Of a DNA stretch of 64,000 bases, positions 56,960 to 64,000 are shown one piece after another. Numbering within the stretch: the first letter of the stretch is position 1; each line of letters starts with the position of its first letter. The DNA lies in assembly GCA_017471885.1 (NCBI GenBank), contig JAFURI010000010.1, forward strand, positions 10,419-74,418, given 5' to 3'. The stretch is from Clostridia bacterium (GTDB lineage Bacteria > Bacillota > Clostridia > Christensenellales > Aristaeellaceae). A model generated the notes under the pieces. The model was not told the origin of the DNA. It did no database searches and saw nothing but the letters and a program-made list of their open reading frames with translations. The position numbers and the translations under genes are program-made.

Positions 56960-57234
56960 ACAAACCTGCGATGGAGAGTAGTAACTCCTTCACGGCACGG
57001 TCAAGGGAGCCGCTGATAGTGGGACGGCGGCGCGTGCGGCTGGAGCGAATGGACTCCTGAGGGTTCTTCCGAAACAGTAATGCGTAGGGGGAAACGGGAT
57101 TCTGCGCCCGTTATCAAGGCAGCGTATATCATGTGTATGCGATGAAGAGCGCGCCTTTATTTTACGGCGAAGCTGAGTGGCACCGCGGTAAATCCGCCTC
57201 AGTCTACAATGGTAGATTGGGGCGTTTTTATTTT
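56960..57234 (+). promoter_or_regulatory. T-box riboswitch leader, tryptophan specifier (UGG)
   Basis: Stem I with GA/K-turn base (GCGAUGG...CUGAGG), AGUAGUA, AGGGAG and distal GUGGGA elements. Specifier loop GAA-UGG-A (UGG at 57050-57052). T-box sequence GCUGAGUGGCACCGCGG (57171-57187). Competing terminator GCCUCAGUCUAC / GUAGAUUGGGGC plus U-run (57196-57229). Confidence 0.88.
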
Positions 57235-57273
57235 CCCTGAATCATTGGCGACTAAAAGAAAGGAAGGGTTCTC

Positions 57274-58242
57274 ATGATGAAAAAACTTATTTCCCTGCTG
57301 ACTGCCGTCCTGATGCTGATTTCCATGACGCAGTGCGTACAGGCCGAAGAGATGATCAGGATCGGAATTATCCAGTTTGCCGAGCATCCGTCTCTTGACA
57401 ATTGCAGGATCGGTTTTATCGAGGGCCTTGCCGCAGCCGGATATGTGGAAGGCGAGAACGTCATCTTTGATTATCAGAACGCCCAGGGAGACACCGGTAT
57501 TGCTGCACAGATTGCCGATAAGTTCGCTTCTGACTGCGACATGATCTGCGCGATTGCCACTCCCACCGCGCAGGCAGCCTTCAATGCGGCGGAAGAAAAG
57601 GGTGTACCTGTGATCTACACTGCCGTGTCCGATCCTGTGGCTGCGCAGCTTGCGGGCGCAGACGGAACCAATCCCGGCGCGGTGACCGGTACTTCCGATG
57701 CGCTGCCGGTGGAGGCGCAGCTGAAGCTGATCCGGACGCTGATGCCTGAAGCGAGGAAGATCGGCATCCTGCATACCACCAGTGAAACCAACAGCGATTC
57801 TACGCTGGAGACCTATCGTCAGCTGGCGCCTCTGTACGGCTTTGAAATTGTAGACAAGGGCGTTTCCATGGGCGCTGATATTCCCATGGCGCTGGATGCG
57901 CTTCTGCCCCGTGTGGACTGCACCACCAACCTGACCGACAACACCGTGGTATCCTATCTGCCTCTGGTGCTTGAGATGTCCGCCGAGGCTGGCAAGCCTG
58001 TCTTCGGCAGTGAGATCGAGCAGGTGAAGAGCGGATGCGTGGCGGCCGAGGGTATTGAATATCTGGACCTTGGCCGTCAGACCGGTGCAATGGCGGCGCG
58101 TGTGCTCAGCGGAGAGAATGCGGAGAATATTCCCTTCGAGCTGGTAACAAACTCCTACCTGTATCTGAATGAAGATGCGCTGAAGGACTATGGCCTTACC
58201 GTGCCTGAAGAGCTGCTGCAGCGCGCTGTCTCTCTGGAGTAA
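57274..58242 (+). CDS. ABC transporter substrate-binding protein (COG2984 / ABC_sub_bind family)
   Basis: Signal peptide MMKKLISLLTAVLMLISMTQCVQA. IRIGIIQFAEHPSLD...IATPTAQAA...TGTSD... is typical of PF04392. Confidence 0.85.
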   Translation: MMKKLISLLTAVLMLISMTQCVQAEEMIRIGIIQFAEHPSLDNCRIGFIEGLAAAGYVEGENVIFDYQNAQGDTGIAAQIADKFASDCDMICAIATPTAQAAFNAAEEKGVPVIYTAVSDPVAAQLAGADGTNPGAVTGTSDALPVEAQLKLIRTLMPEARKIGILHTTSETNSDSTLETYRQLAPLYGFEIVDKGVSMGADIPMALDALLPRVDCTTNLTDNTVVSYLPLVLEMSAEAGKPVFGSEIEQVKSGCVAAEGIEYLDLGRQTGAMAARVLSGENAENIPFELVTNSYLYLNEDALKDYGLTVPEELLQRAVSLE

Positions 58243-58260
58243 GAATACAGAATTGAGCTT

Positions 58261-59187
58261 TTGAGAAAGCAGGTTGATCCTATGGACTTTGCCGCGGTTA
58301 TTGATATCGTCATGGGCGCAGTGGAGCAGGGCCTGATTTACGGCATCCTTGCACTGGGTCTGCTGATAACCTATCGGATTCTTGATTTTCCGGATCTGAC
58401 GGTGGACAGCTCATTCCCGCTGGGCGCAGCGATTACGGCTGTGCTGACGGTGAACGGGGTCAATCCGCTCCTGTCGCTGCTTTGTGCGGCGGCTGCAGGC
58501 GCGCTTGCCGGCCTTGTTACGGGATTGATTCATGTGCGCTGCCATGTGCTGGATCTGCTCAGCGGCATTATCACGATGACGGGGCTGTATTCCATCAATC
58601 TGCGGATTGCGGGAAGGGCGAATCTTCCTTTCTTTGCGAGCGCTACGCTGTTCAAGAATCCTCTGACAAAGTCTTTGCCGGACTGGCTTGCTCCCTACAG
58701 CACGCTGGTGATCATTCTGCTGATTGTGCTGGCAGCAAAGCTTCTGCTGGATGCATATCTGCGTACCAAGGCGGGCTTTCTGCTTCGGGCGGCCGGCGAC
58801 AATGCCAGCGTGGTTACAACGCTGGCGCGGGACGTGGGCAGCGTGAAGATTGTGGGCCTGATGATTGCGAACGCTCTGGTAGCTCTGGCGGGCGCGGTAA
58901 TGGCACAGCATCAGCGCACCTTCGATATATCCATGGGTACGGGTACCATGGTGACGGGTCTGGCGTCGGTGATTATCGGCACAAATCTTTTCAAATCCGC
59001 AGGGTGGATGAAGAGCACAACCATGGTTATTATCGGCTCGGTGCTGTACAAGCTGTGCGTGTCGGCTGCCATTTCCTGCGGCCTGGAGGCTCAGGATATG
59101 AAGCTTGTCACAGCGGTGCTGTTCCTGCTGATTCTCGTTGCCGCCCAGACCCAATTCAAACGGAAGAAGGTTCGGATTCATGCTTGA
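58261..59187 (+). CDS. ABC transporter permease (COG4120-type)
   Basis: About 8-9 TM helices of the branched-chain-type permease fold. Start is uncertain (TTG 58261 or ATG 58282). Confidence 0.85.
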   Translation: MRKQVDPMDFAAVIDIVMGAVEQGLIYGILALGLLITYRILDFPDLTVDSSFPLGAAITAVLTVNGVNPLLSLLCAAAAGALAGLVTGLIHVRCHVLDLLSGIITMTGLYSINLRIAGRANLPFFASATLFKNPLTKSLPDWLAPYSTLVIILLIVLAAKLLLDAYLRTKAGFLLRAAGDNASVVTTLARDVGSVKIVGLMIANALVALAGAVMAQHQRTFDISMGTGTMVTGLASVIIGTNLFKSAGWMKSTTMVIIGSVLYKLCVSAAISCGLEAQDMKLVTAVLFLLILVAAQTQFKRKKVRIHA

Positions 59188-59953
59188 GCTTCGTAACATA
59201 TCCAAAACATACAACCCTGGCACGGTACATGAAACCTGCCTGTTTTCCGACTTCTCGCTGAAGATTGAAGAGGGAAGCTTTGTGTCGGTCGTGGGCAGCA
59301 ACGGCAGCGGAAAAACCAGTCTGCTCAATATCCTGTGCGGTTCCATCCCAGTGGACGGCGGCCAGATTCTTATTGACGGAAAGGATATCACGCACAGAAA
59401 GGAATTCCGCCGCTATGCCCGCATCGGCCGGGTTTATCAGAATCCATCCATGGGCACCTGTCCTTCCATGACCATTCTGGAGAATCTTTCTCTTGCGGAC
59501 AACAAGGGCAGACGCTACGGCCTGACGGCAGGAGCAAACAAAAAGCGCATAGGTGACTACAAGGCGATGCTTGCTCCTCTGGGGCTTGGGCTTGAGGATA
59601 AGCTGGGCATAGCGGTAGGCAGCCTTTCCGGCGGCCAGCGTCAGACCCTTGCGCTGCTCATGGCTACCATGACGCCCATTGATTTTCTGATTCTGGACGA
59701 ACATACCGCGGCGCTTGACCCAAAGACGGCGGAGATCGTCATGCGGCTGACCAACAGCATTGTGCAGGAGAAAAAGCTCACTACGCTGATGGTTACTCAT
59801 AATCTGCGCTATGCCGTGGAGTATGGCGACAGGCTCCTGATGATGCATCAGGGTCAGGCTGTGCTGGACAAGTCCGGAGAAGAGAAGATACGTACGACAG
59901 TGGATGATCTGCTGGGCATTTTCAACGAAATCAGCATCGAGTGCGGCAACTGA
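59180..59953 (+). CDS. ABC transporter ATP-binding protein (COG1101-type)
   Basis: Walker A GSNGSGKT, signature LSGGQRQ, Walker B LILDEHTAALD. Overlaps the permease stop by 8 nt. Confidence 0.9.
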   Translation: MLELRNISKTYNPGTVHETCLFSDFSLKIEEGSFVSVVGSNGSGKTSLLNILCGSIPVDGGQILIDGKDITHRKEFRRYARIGRVYQNPSMGTCPSMTILENLSLADNKGRRYGLTAGANKKRIGDYKAMLAPLGLGLEDKLGIAVGSLSGGQRQTLALLMATMTPIDFLILDEHTAALDPKTAEIVMRLTNSIVQEKKLTTLMVTHNLRYAVEYGDRLLMMHQGQAVLDKSGEEKIRTTVDDLLGIFNEISIECGN

Positions 59954-59996
59954 GACGGAAAACGAAAAGAAAAGCTGATATTTCCCCTCGAGCCTC

Positions 59997-60025
59997 TTGA
60001 CAAAAGCAGGGAACGGCGTTATAAT
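59997..60025 (+). promoter_or_regulatory. consensus sigma-A promoter of the tRNA gene
   Basis: TTGACA (59997-60002), 17 nt, TATAAT (60020-60025). Confidence 0.7.
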
Positions 60026-60046
60026 TATAAACGCTGTTTGCAACGA

Positions 60047-60128
60047 GCGGTCGTGGCGGAATCGGCATACGCGCACGTTTGAGGGGCGTGTCCAGCAATG
60101 GGTACGGGTTCAAGTCCCGTCGACCGCA
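60047..60128 (+). tRNA. tRNA-Leu(GAG): tRNA-Leu, anticodon GAG (class II, long variable arm), no encoded CCA
   Basis: Acceptor GCGGTCG/CGACCGC plus discriminator A. 3-bp D stem. Anticodon stem CACGT/GCGTG with loop TT-GAG-GG (GAG at 60081-60083). Variable arm CCAGCAATGGG. T arm ACGGG-TTCAAGT-CCCGT. Confidence 0.9.
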
Positions 60129-60135
60129 CTTCAGA

Positions 60136-60175
60136 AAGTCCTGAGCCTTGTTACAAGGAGTCAGGACTTTTTGTT
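60136..60175 (+). terminator. rho-independent terminator after tRNA-Leu
   Basis: AAGTCCTGA...TCAGGACTT stem followed by TTTTGTTT. Confidence 0.75.
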
Positions 60176-60233
60176 TACTACGATGTCATAGCATAAAACC
60201 GAATTCAAAATGTTCATTGCAGGAGGTTATCAC

Positions 60234-61070
60234 ATGAGCGAAAAGAAACAGACAAGCCCTGTCATGCGGCTGATTCAGGGAGCCCTGATCGGTACCGGCG
60301 CAGTGCTTCCCGGTATTTCCGGCGGCGTGCTGATGGTGGTGTTCGGCGTTTATCAGCCGATCATGTCCCTGCTGGCCCATCCTTTCAAGACCTTCAAGCA
60401 GAATGTGAAGCTGCTTCTGCCTGTGCTGCTCGGCGTAGTGCTTGGCTTTCTGGGTATTGCAAAACTGCTTGGCTTCCTGCTGGAAACCTATCCTGACCAG
60501 TCTGTGTGCCTGTTTGTGGGCCTGATCGGCGGTATGCTGCCGTCTCTGTTCCGTGAAGCCGGCGAGAAGGGCCGCGGCAAATCCTCCTGGATTGCCCTTG
60601 GCGCAGCTTTTGCAGTGGTGCTTGCCCTGCTGGTGTCCCTGCAGGTGATTAAGGTGAATATCCAGCCCAACTTTGTGTGGTATCTGTTCTGCGGTTTCTG
60701 CCTGGCGCTGTCCATCATTGCCCCCGGCATGAGCTTTTCTACGCTGCTGATGCCTCTCGGCCTGTATACGCCCTTCATCGCCGGTATCGGCAACTTTGAT
60801 TTCGGCGTACTGATCCCCGCCGTTATCGGCGCTGCACTGACGGTGATCCTGCTGGCAAAGACGGTGACGCATCTGCTGGATACCCACTACGCTCCCATGT
60901 TCCATGGCATCATCGGCGTGGTGATCGCCGCCACCGTGGTGATCATTCCCTTCGGCAGCTTTGCGGCCGGCATCGGTACGGCGCTGATCAATCTGGTATG
61001 CCTTGTGGCGGGCGTTGCTGCGGCGCTTGCTCTTGACAAGTTCAACAGCAGTGTGGAGCGTCCTGAATAA
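60234..61070 (+). CDS. DUF368-family membrane protein (PopT-type undecaprenyl-phosphate translocase family)
   Basis: AGGAGG RBS 7 nt before ATG 60234. GALIGTGAVLPGISGGVLMVVFGVY and a second ...APGMSFSTLLMPLG repeat are typical of DUF368. Confidence 0.78.
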   Translation: MSEKKQTSPVMRLIQGALIGTGAVLPGISGGVLMVVFGVYQPIMSLLAHPFKTFKQNVKLLLPVLLGVVLGFLGIAKLLGFLLETYPDQSVCLFVGLIGGMLPSLFREAGEKGRGKSSWIALGAAFAVVLALLVSLQVIKVNIQPNFVWYLFCGFCLALSIIAPGMSFSTLLMPLGLYTPFIAGIGNFDFGVLIPAVIGAALTVILLAKTVTHLLDTHYAPMFHGIIGVVIAATVVIIPFGSFAAGIGTALINLVCLVAGVAAALALDKFNSSVERPE

Positions 61071-61086
61071 CTGAATATAAAAATAT

Positions 61087-61121
61087 GGAAGGAACGGTTT
61101 GACTCCGTTCCTTCCTTTTGT
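61087..61121. terminator. bidirectional terminator hairpin
   Basis: 11-bp stem GGAAGGAACGG / CCGTTCCTTCC (61087-61097 / 61105-61115) followed by TTTT. Confidence 0.7.
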
Positions 61122-62240
61122 TTAGCGGTAGATGAGGAATTCGCATTCCAGACGTCCGTTATACAGGCGACGCTTCTTGTCTGCCCGCTTGCCGTATGCG
61201 CGCTCGAAATTTGGATCAGAGGAGATGGCGCAAAGGCTCCAGCCGGGATGCCGTGCCTTAAGTCGACGCATCTGTCCGTACAGCTTCTCACAGCTCTTAC
61301 GGTCGCTCAATCGCTCACCGTAGGGGGGATTGCAGAGGAAAACGCCGGTTTCATCAGTCAACTGAAGGGTCTCAAGCGGCTGCTGCTCCACCGTTACCAG
61401 TCCCTCCAGCCCTGCCTGACGGATGTGCCTGTTTGCCAGCTCAAGCGCAGAGGGGTCGATGTCGCTGCCGGTGATGCCGCTGATCCGGTCGGGCTTGAAA
61501 TCAAACCGGGCCTGGCGGCGCAGCGCATCGCAGGCTTCCCTGGGGAAGAAGGGGAACTCCTCCATGGAGAAACGGCGGGTCAGGCCGGGAGCGCGGTGTC
61601 CCAGACGGAAGGCGGCTTCGATCAGCAGCGTACCGGTACCACAGCATGGATCGTGCAGGCGCATGCCGGGCCGCCAGGGGGAAAGCTCCACCAGCGTGGC
61701 TGCCAGCGTTTCACGCAGCGGCGCTTCGCCGTTCCATGTACGGTAGCCGCGGCGGTTGAGCGCGTCGCCGGAAAGATCCAGTGTGATGCGGGCAACGTCG
61801 TTATGCAGGCTGACGGTAATCGGATAGGCGATTCCGGTTTCCGGGAAAACGCTCTGCTGCGTAGCCATACGAAGCCGCTCGATGACGGCTTTCTTTGTGA
61901 TGGCCTGGCAGTCGCGGATGCTCATCAGCTGGCTGCGGGCGCATTTGCCGGATACGTTGATCTTCGCATCGGCGGGCATCAGATCCTCCCACGCAACGGA
62001 TTTGACCAGCTGGAACAGCTCCTCAAAGGTCCGGCATTCCTTTTCGGCAAGGATCAGAAGCACCCGGTCTGCACAGCGCAGACGCAGATTGCACAGGAAA
62101 GCGTCTTCAAGCGTGCCGGTGAAGCGGGCTCCGCCGATTTCGCCGGTCACGTTCTTCATATCAAGACGCTTAAGCTCCGCTGCCACAATACCCTCAAGAC
62201 CGAAGGCAGCGGTAGCAAACAGCGTAAGTTGCTCTGTCAT
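61122..62240 (-). CDS. THUMP-domain class I SAM-dependent RNA methyltransferase (RlmL/YpsC-like)
   Basis: AAAGGAG RBS before ATG 62240. THUMP N-domain. SAM motif I DPCCGTGT. Motif IV NPPYGERL. Confidence 0.85.
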   Translation of the reverse strand: MTEQLTLFATAAFGLEGIVAAELKRLDMKNVTGEIGGARFTGTLEDAFLCNLRLRCADRVLLILAEKECRTFEELFQLVKSVAWEDLMPADAKINVSGKCARSQLMSIRDCQAITKKAVIERLRMATQQSVFPETGIAYPITVSLHNDVARITLDLSGDALNRRGYRTWNGEAPLRETLAATLVELSPWRPGMRLHDPCCGTGTLLIEAAFRLGHRAPGLTRRFSMEEFPFFPREACDALRRQARFDFKPDRISGITGSDIDPSALELANRHIRQAGLEGLVTVEQQPLETLQLTDETGVFLCNPPYGERLSDRKSCEKLYGQMRRLKARHPGWSLCAISSDPNFERAYGKRADKKRRLYNGRLECEFLIYR

Positions 62241-62319
62241 GGAAAATTCACTCCTTTTCGGGTCTATCATAAAGGAAAGAATGAAAAAAGTAAAGCATAA
62301 ACTGCTGTGGGAGAGCACC

Positions 62320-62348
62320 TTGCTTTTTGGACGGTTATGCTGTATACT
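62320..62348 (+). promoter_or_regulatory. candidate sigma-A promoter for darA-holB-yaaT
   Basis: TTGCTT (62320-62325), 17 nt, TATACT (62343-62348). Confidence 0.45.
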
Positions 62349-62401
62349 GTTTTTTGGATAGGCATGACGTTCCGTCATGTCAGCAAAGGAGGTAATATTC
62401 T

Positions 62402-62731
62402 ATGAAGCTGATTATCGCGATTGTTCAGGATGAGGACGCCGCCCGTCTGGTTTCCCAGCTGATGAACGATGGCTTTGGCGTGACCAAACTGGCCACCACC
62501 GGCGGTTTCCTTCGCGCCGGCAATACCACTCTGCTGGTCGGTGTGGACGACGAGAAATTTGACAAGGCGATGGGCGTGGTCGAGCGCGTGTGCAAGTCCC
62601 GCAAGCAGATCGCCACCCAGCCTACTTCCATGGCCGGTGTGAACGGCGTTTATTCCCCCTATCCCATTGAGGTGACTGTCGGCGGCGCGACCGTGTTCGT
62701 GCTGACAGTGGATCAGTTTATCAAGCTGTAA
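62402..62731 (+). CDS. darA: PII-like cyclic-di-AMP receptor (DarA/PstA/YaaQ, DUF970)
   Basis: MKLIIAIVQDEDAARLVSQLMNDGFGVTKLATTGGFLRAGNTTLLVGV... closely matches the YaaQ family. Sits upstream of holB as in Bacillus. Confidence 0.88.
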   Translation: MKLIIAIVQDEDAARLVSQLMNDGFGVTKLATTGGFLRAGNTTLLVGVDDEKFDKAMGVVERVCKSRKQIATQPTSMAGVNGVYSPYPIEVTVGGATVFVLTVDQFIKL

Positions 62732-62744
62732 GGAGAATTTCCCT

Positions 62745-63794
62745 GTGTCACAGGAAATGAATCCGGGTACATATACAGCGCCCGTCCTGAAGGATTTTGA
62801 GCGACAGGGCGCTGTTTATGCTGGACTGATTCGTACGCTTGAAGGCGGCAGTTTTGTTCATGCTTATCTGATCAGCGGAGCTGCGGGGACGGGCAAACGT
62901 ACACTGGCGGCGGAAATTGCACGTTTCCTGCTGTGCACGGGCGAAAAGCGTCCTTGCGGAGCGTGTCCGGCCTGTGTGCAGGTCAGGGCGGGGAATCATC
63001 CCGACGTGATTCTGGTGCAGCCGGGCGTGCCCATCAATCCTTCGGTGGACAAGGGCCTGAAGAGCATCCCTGTGGATGAAATCCGCATGGTCAACGAATT
63101 GACAGGCCAGCACACCTTTGTAGGCGGCCGCAGGATTGTGATTATCCAGCGCGCTGAGAAAATGACTCCTCAGGCACAGAATGCGCTGCTTAAAACGCTG
63201 GAGGAGCCTGTGGACGGTACCGTCTTTCTGCTGATCAGCGATGCTCCGGAGCTTCTGCTTACGACCATCGTCAGCCGCTGCAGGGCGCTCAAGCTGCATC
63301 CGTGGCCGGATGACGTGATTCTTGGGGTTCTTCGCGCCAGGGGCGTAGCGGACGAGCGCGCCCATGAGGCGCTGCATGTCTCCGGCGGATCCATCGGTCG
63401 CGCCGTGGAGGTTGCCGGGGATGAGAACTACTGGCAGCGTCGTCAGGACGTAATGAAGGACTTTTTTGCCATTGAGAGCCGGAGCGACGTGCTGAAGGTT
63501 TCCACCGCGTGGAAGGATCGCAAGGAAGCCTCTGCAGAGCTGTTGGACGACGTGGAGGATATGCTGCGTCTTTTGCTGCTTGTACGTCTTGGCCGGAGAG
63601 ATGCAGCCCTTGTGCAGGGATATCCCGAAGCGTGGCGGCATATGGCGCAAAAAGGTGATATGGAATCTTTTTCCCAGCTGCTGGACGCGGTATCGCAGGC
63701 CAGAAGAATGCGGATGAATCAGGTTACATGGCAGGCAGTGCTTGAAAAGCTGCTGCTGCGCATGATGGAGGAAAAAAGCAAATGGTCAACGTGA
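62745..63794 (+). CDS. holB: DNA polymerase III subunit delta prime
   Basis: HAYLISGAAGTGKRTLA Walker-like motif, zinc module CGACPACVQV, SRC motif IVSRCRAL. Confidence 0.88.
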   Translation: MSQEMNPGTYTAPVLKDFERQGAVYAGLIRTLEGGSFVHAYLISGAAGTGKRTLAAEIARFLLCTGEKRPCGACPACVQVRAGNHPDVILVQPGVPINPSVDKGLKSIPVDEIRMVNELTGQHTFVGGRRIVIIQRAEKMTPQAQNALLKTLEEPVDGTVFLLISDAPELLLTTIVSRCRALKLHPWPDDVILGVLRARGVADERAHEALHVSGGSIGRAVEVAGDENYWQRRQDVMKDFFAIESRSDVLKVSTAWKDRKEASAELLDDVEDMLRLLLLVRLGRRDAALVQGYPEAWRHMAQKGDMESFSQLLDAVSQARRMRMNQVTWQAVLEKLLLRMMEEKSKWST

Positions 63795-64000
63795 TTGGCG
63801 TTCGTTTTCAGAACGCCGGAAAGCTGTATTTTTTCGATCCCGGCGCTTATTGGCCCACTCCCGGCGATTTTGTGGTGGTGGAAACTGCGCGGGGCATTGA
63901 GTTCGGCGAGGTGGTGACCTCCGTCCGTGAGATCAACGACGAGATGCTTCAGTCTCCGCTGAAGAAGGTTGTCCGCATTGCTACGGCAGAGGACGTGCGC
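63782..64000 (+). CDS. ricT: PSP1-domain protein YaaT/RicT, N-terminal fragment (continues beyond the window)
   Basis: VIGVRFQNAGKLYFFDPG...GDFVVVETARGIEFGEVV is the conserved PSP1 N-terminus. Overlaps the holB stop. Confidence 0.85.
   Translation, partial: MVNVIGVRFQNAGKLYFFDPGAYWPTPGDFVVVETARGIEFGEVVTSVREINDEMLQSPLKKVVRIATAEDVR

Noticed and set aside
56824-57060. 78-aa ORF upstream of the ABC transporter
   Set aside because: It lies within the promoter and Stem I of the T-box leader, and the RNA-structure explanation accounts for the conservation-like features.
41937-59953. Functional link between the Trp T-box importer and the Fld-like dehydratase (a Trp to indolepropionate module)
   Set aside because: The two loci are ~10 kb apart, on opposite strands, and separated by unrelated genes with their own promoters and terminators. 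There is no sequence evidence of co-regulation, so this is pure speculation.
62241-62378. N-terminal extension of the THUMP methyltransferase ORF (and similar extensions at 212-265, 6798-6842, 7135-7254, 20142-20243, 43176-43262, 56662-56760, 17257-17292)
   Set aside because: In each case the upstream in-frame start lacks an RBS. An internal ATG/GTG/TTG with a good Shine-Dalgarno sequence coincides with the start of the conserved protein or its signal peptide.

Overview
GC-rich, densely coding chromosomal segment of a Clostridia-type Firmicute. This assignment is an inference from Bacillus-like neighbourhoods (yabM-yabN-hup-yabO, rbgA-rnhB-yraN, yloU-yloV-recG, darA-holB-yaaT) and from SpoVB/YaaT-type sporulation genes. 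Almost everything is core or metabolic. It holds a complete F1Fo ATP synthase operon (atpIBEFHAGDC), a fused ispDF, HU, RecG, PPK1, ComM and phosphoglucomutase. It also holds a Had/Fld-type 2-hydroxyacyl-CoA dehydratase locus, cytoplasmic carbohydrate-active enzymes (GH28, GH105, a beta-helix lyase-like protein, GH2), a Trp-specific T-box leader in front of a COG2984-type ABC importer, and one stand-alone tRNA-Leu(GAG). I saw no rRNA, CRISPR array, transposase, integrase or phage genes. I did not find one clear novel system, but these items look most worth follow-up. (1) A ~1,380-aa chimeric membrane protein with two GT-C-like modules plus two lectin-like modules, wedged between yraN and comM. 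(2) An uncharacterised esterase-esterase-ATP-grasp operon. (3) A 171-aa minimal protein-kinase-fold ORF and a 67-aa basic ORF translationally coupled to a GH2 gene. (4) A Had/Fld-like dehydratase operon in the order I-B-C-transporter-A, with no dehydrogenase and an operator-like palindrome on its consensus promoter. (5) A triad of paralogous secreted proteins. (6) An ATP synthase whose c subunit has a two-carboxylate Na+-type site and whose epsilon subunit lacks the C-terminal helices. The many very long ORFs antisense to real genes are treated as GC-driven shadow ORFs. All homology statements come from reading the translations by eye; no database search was run.
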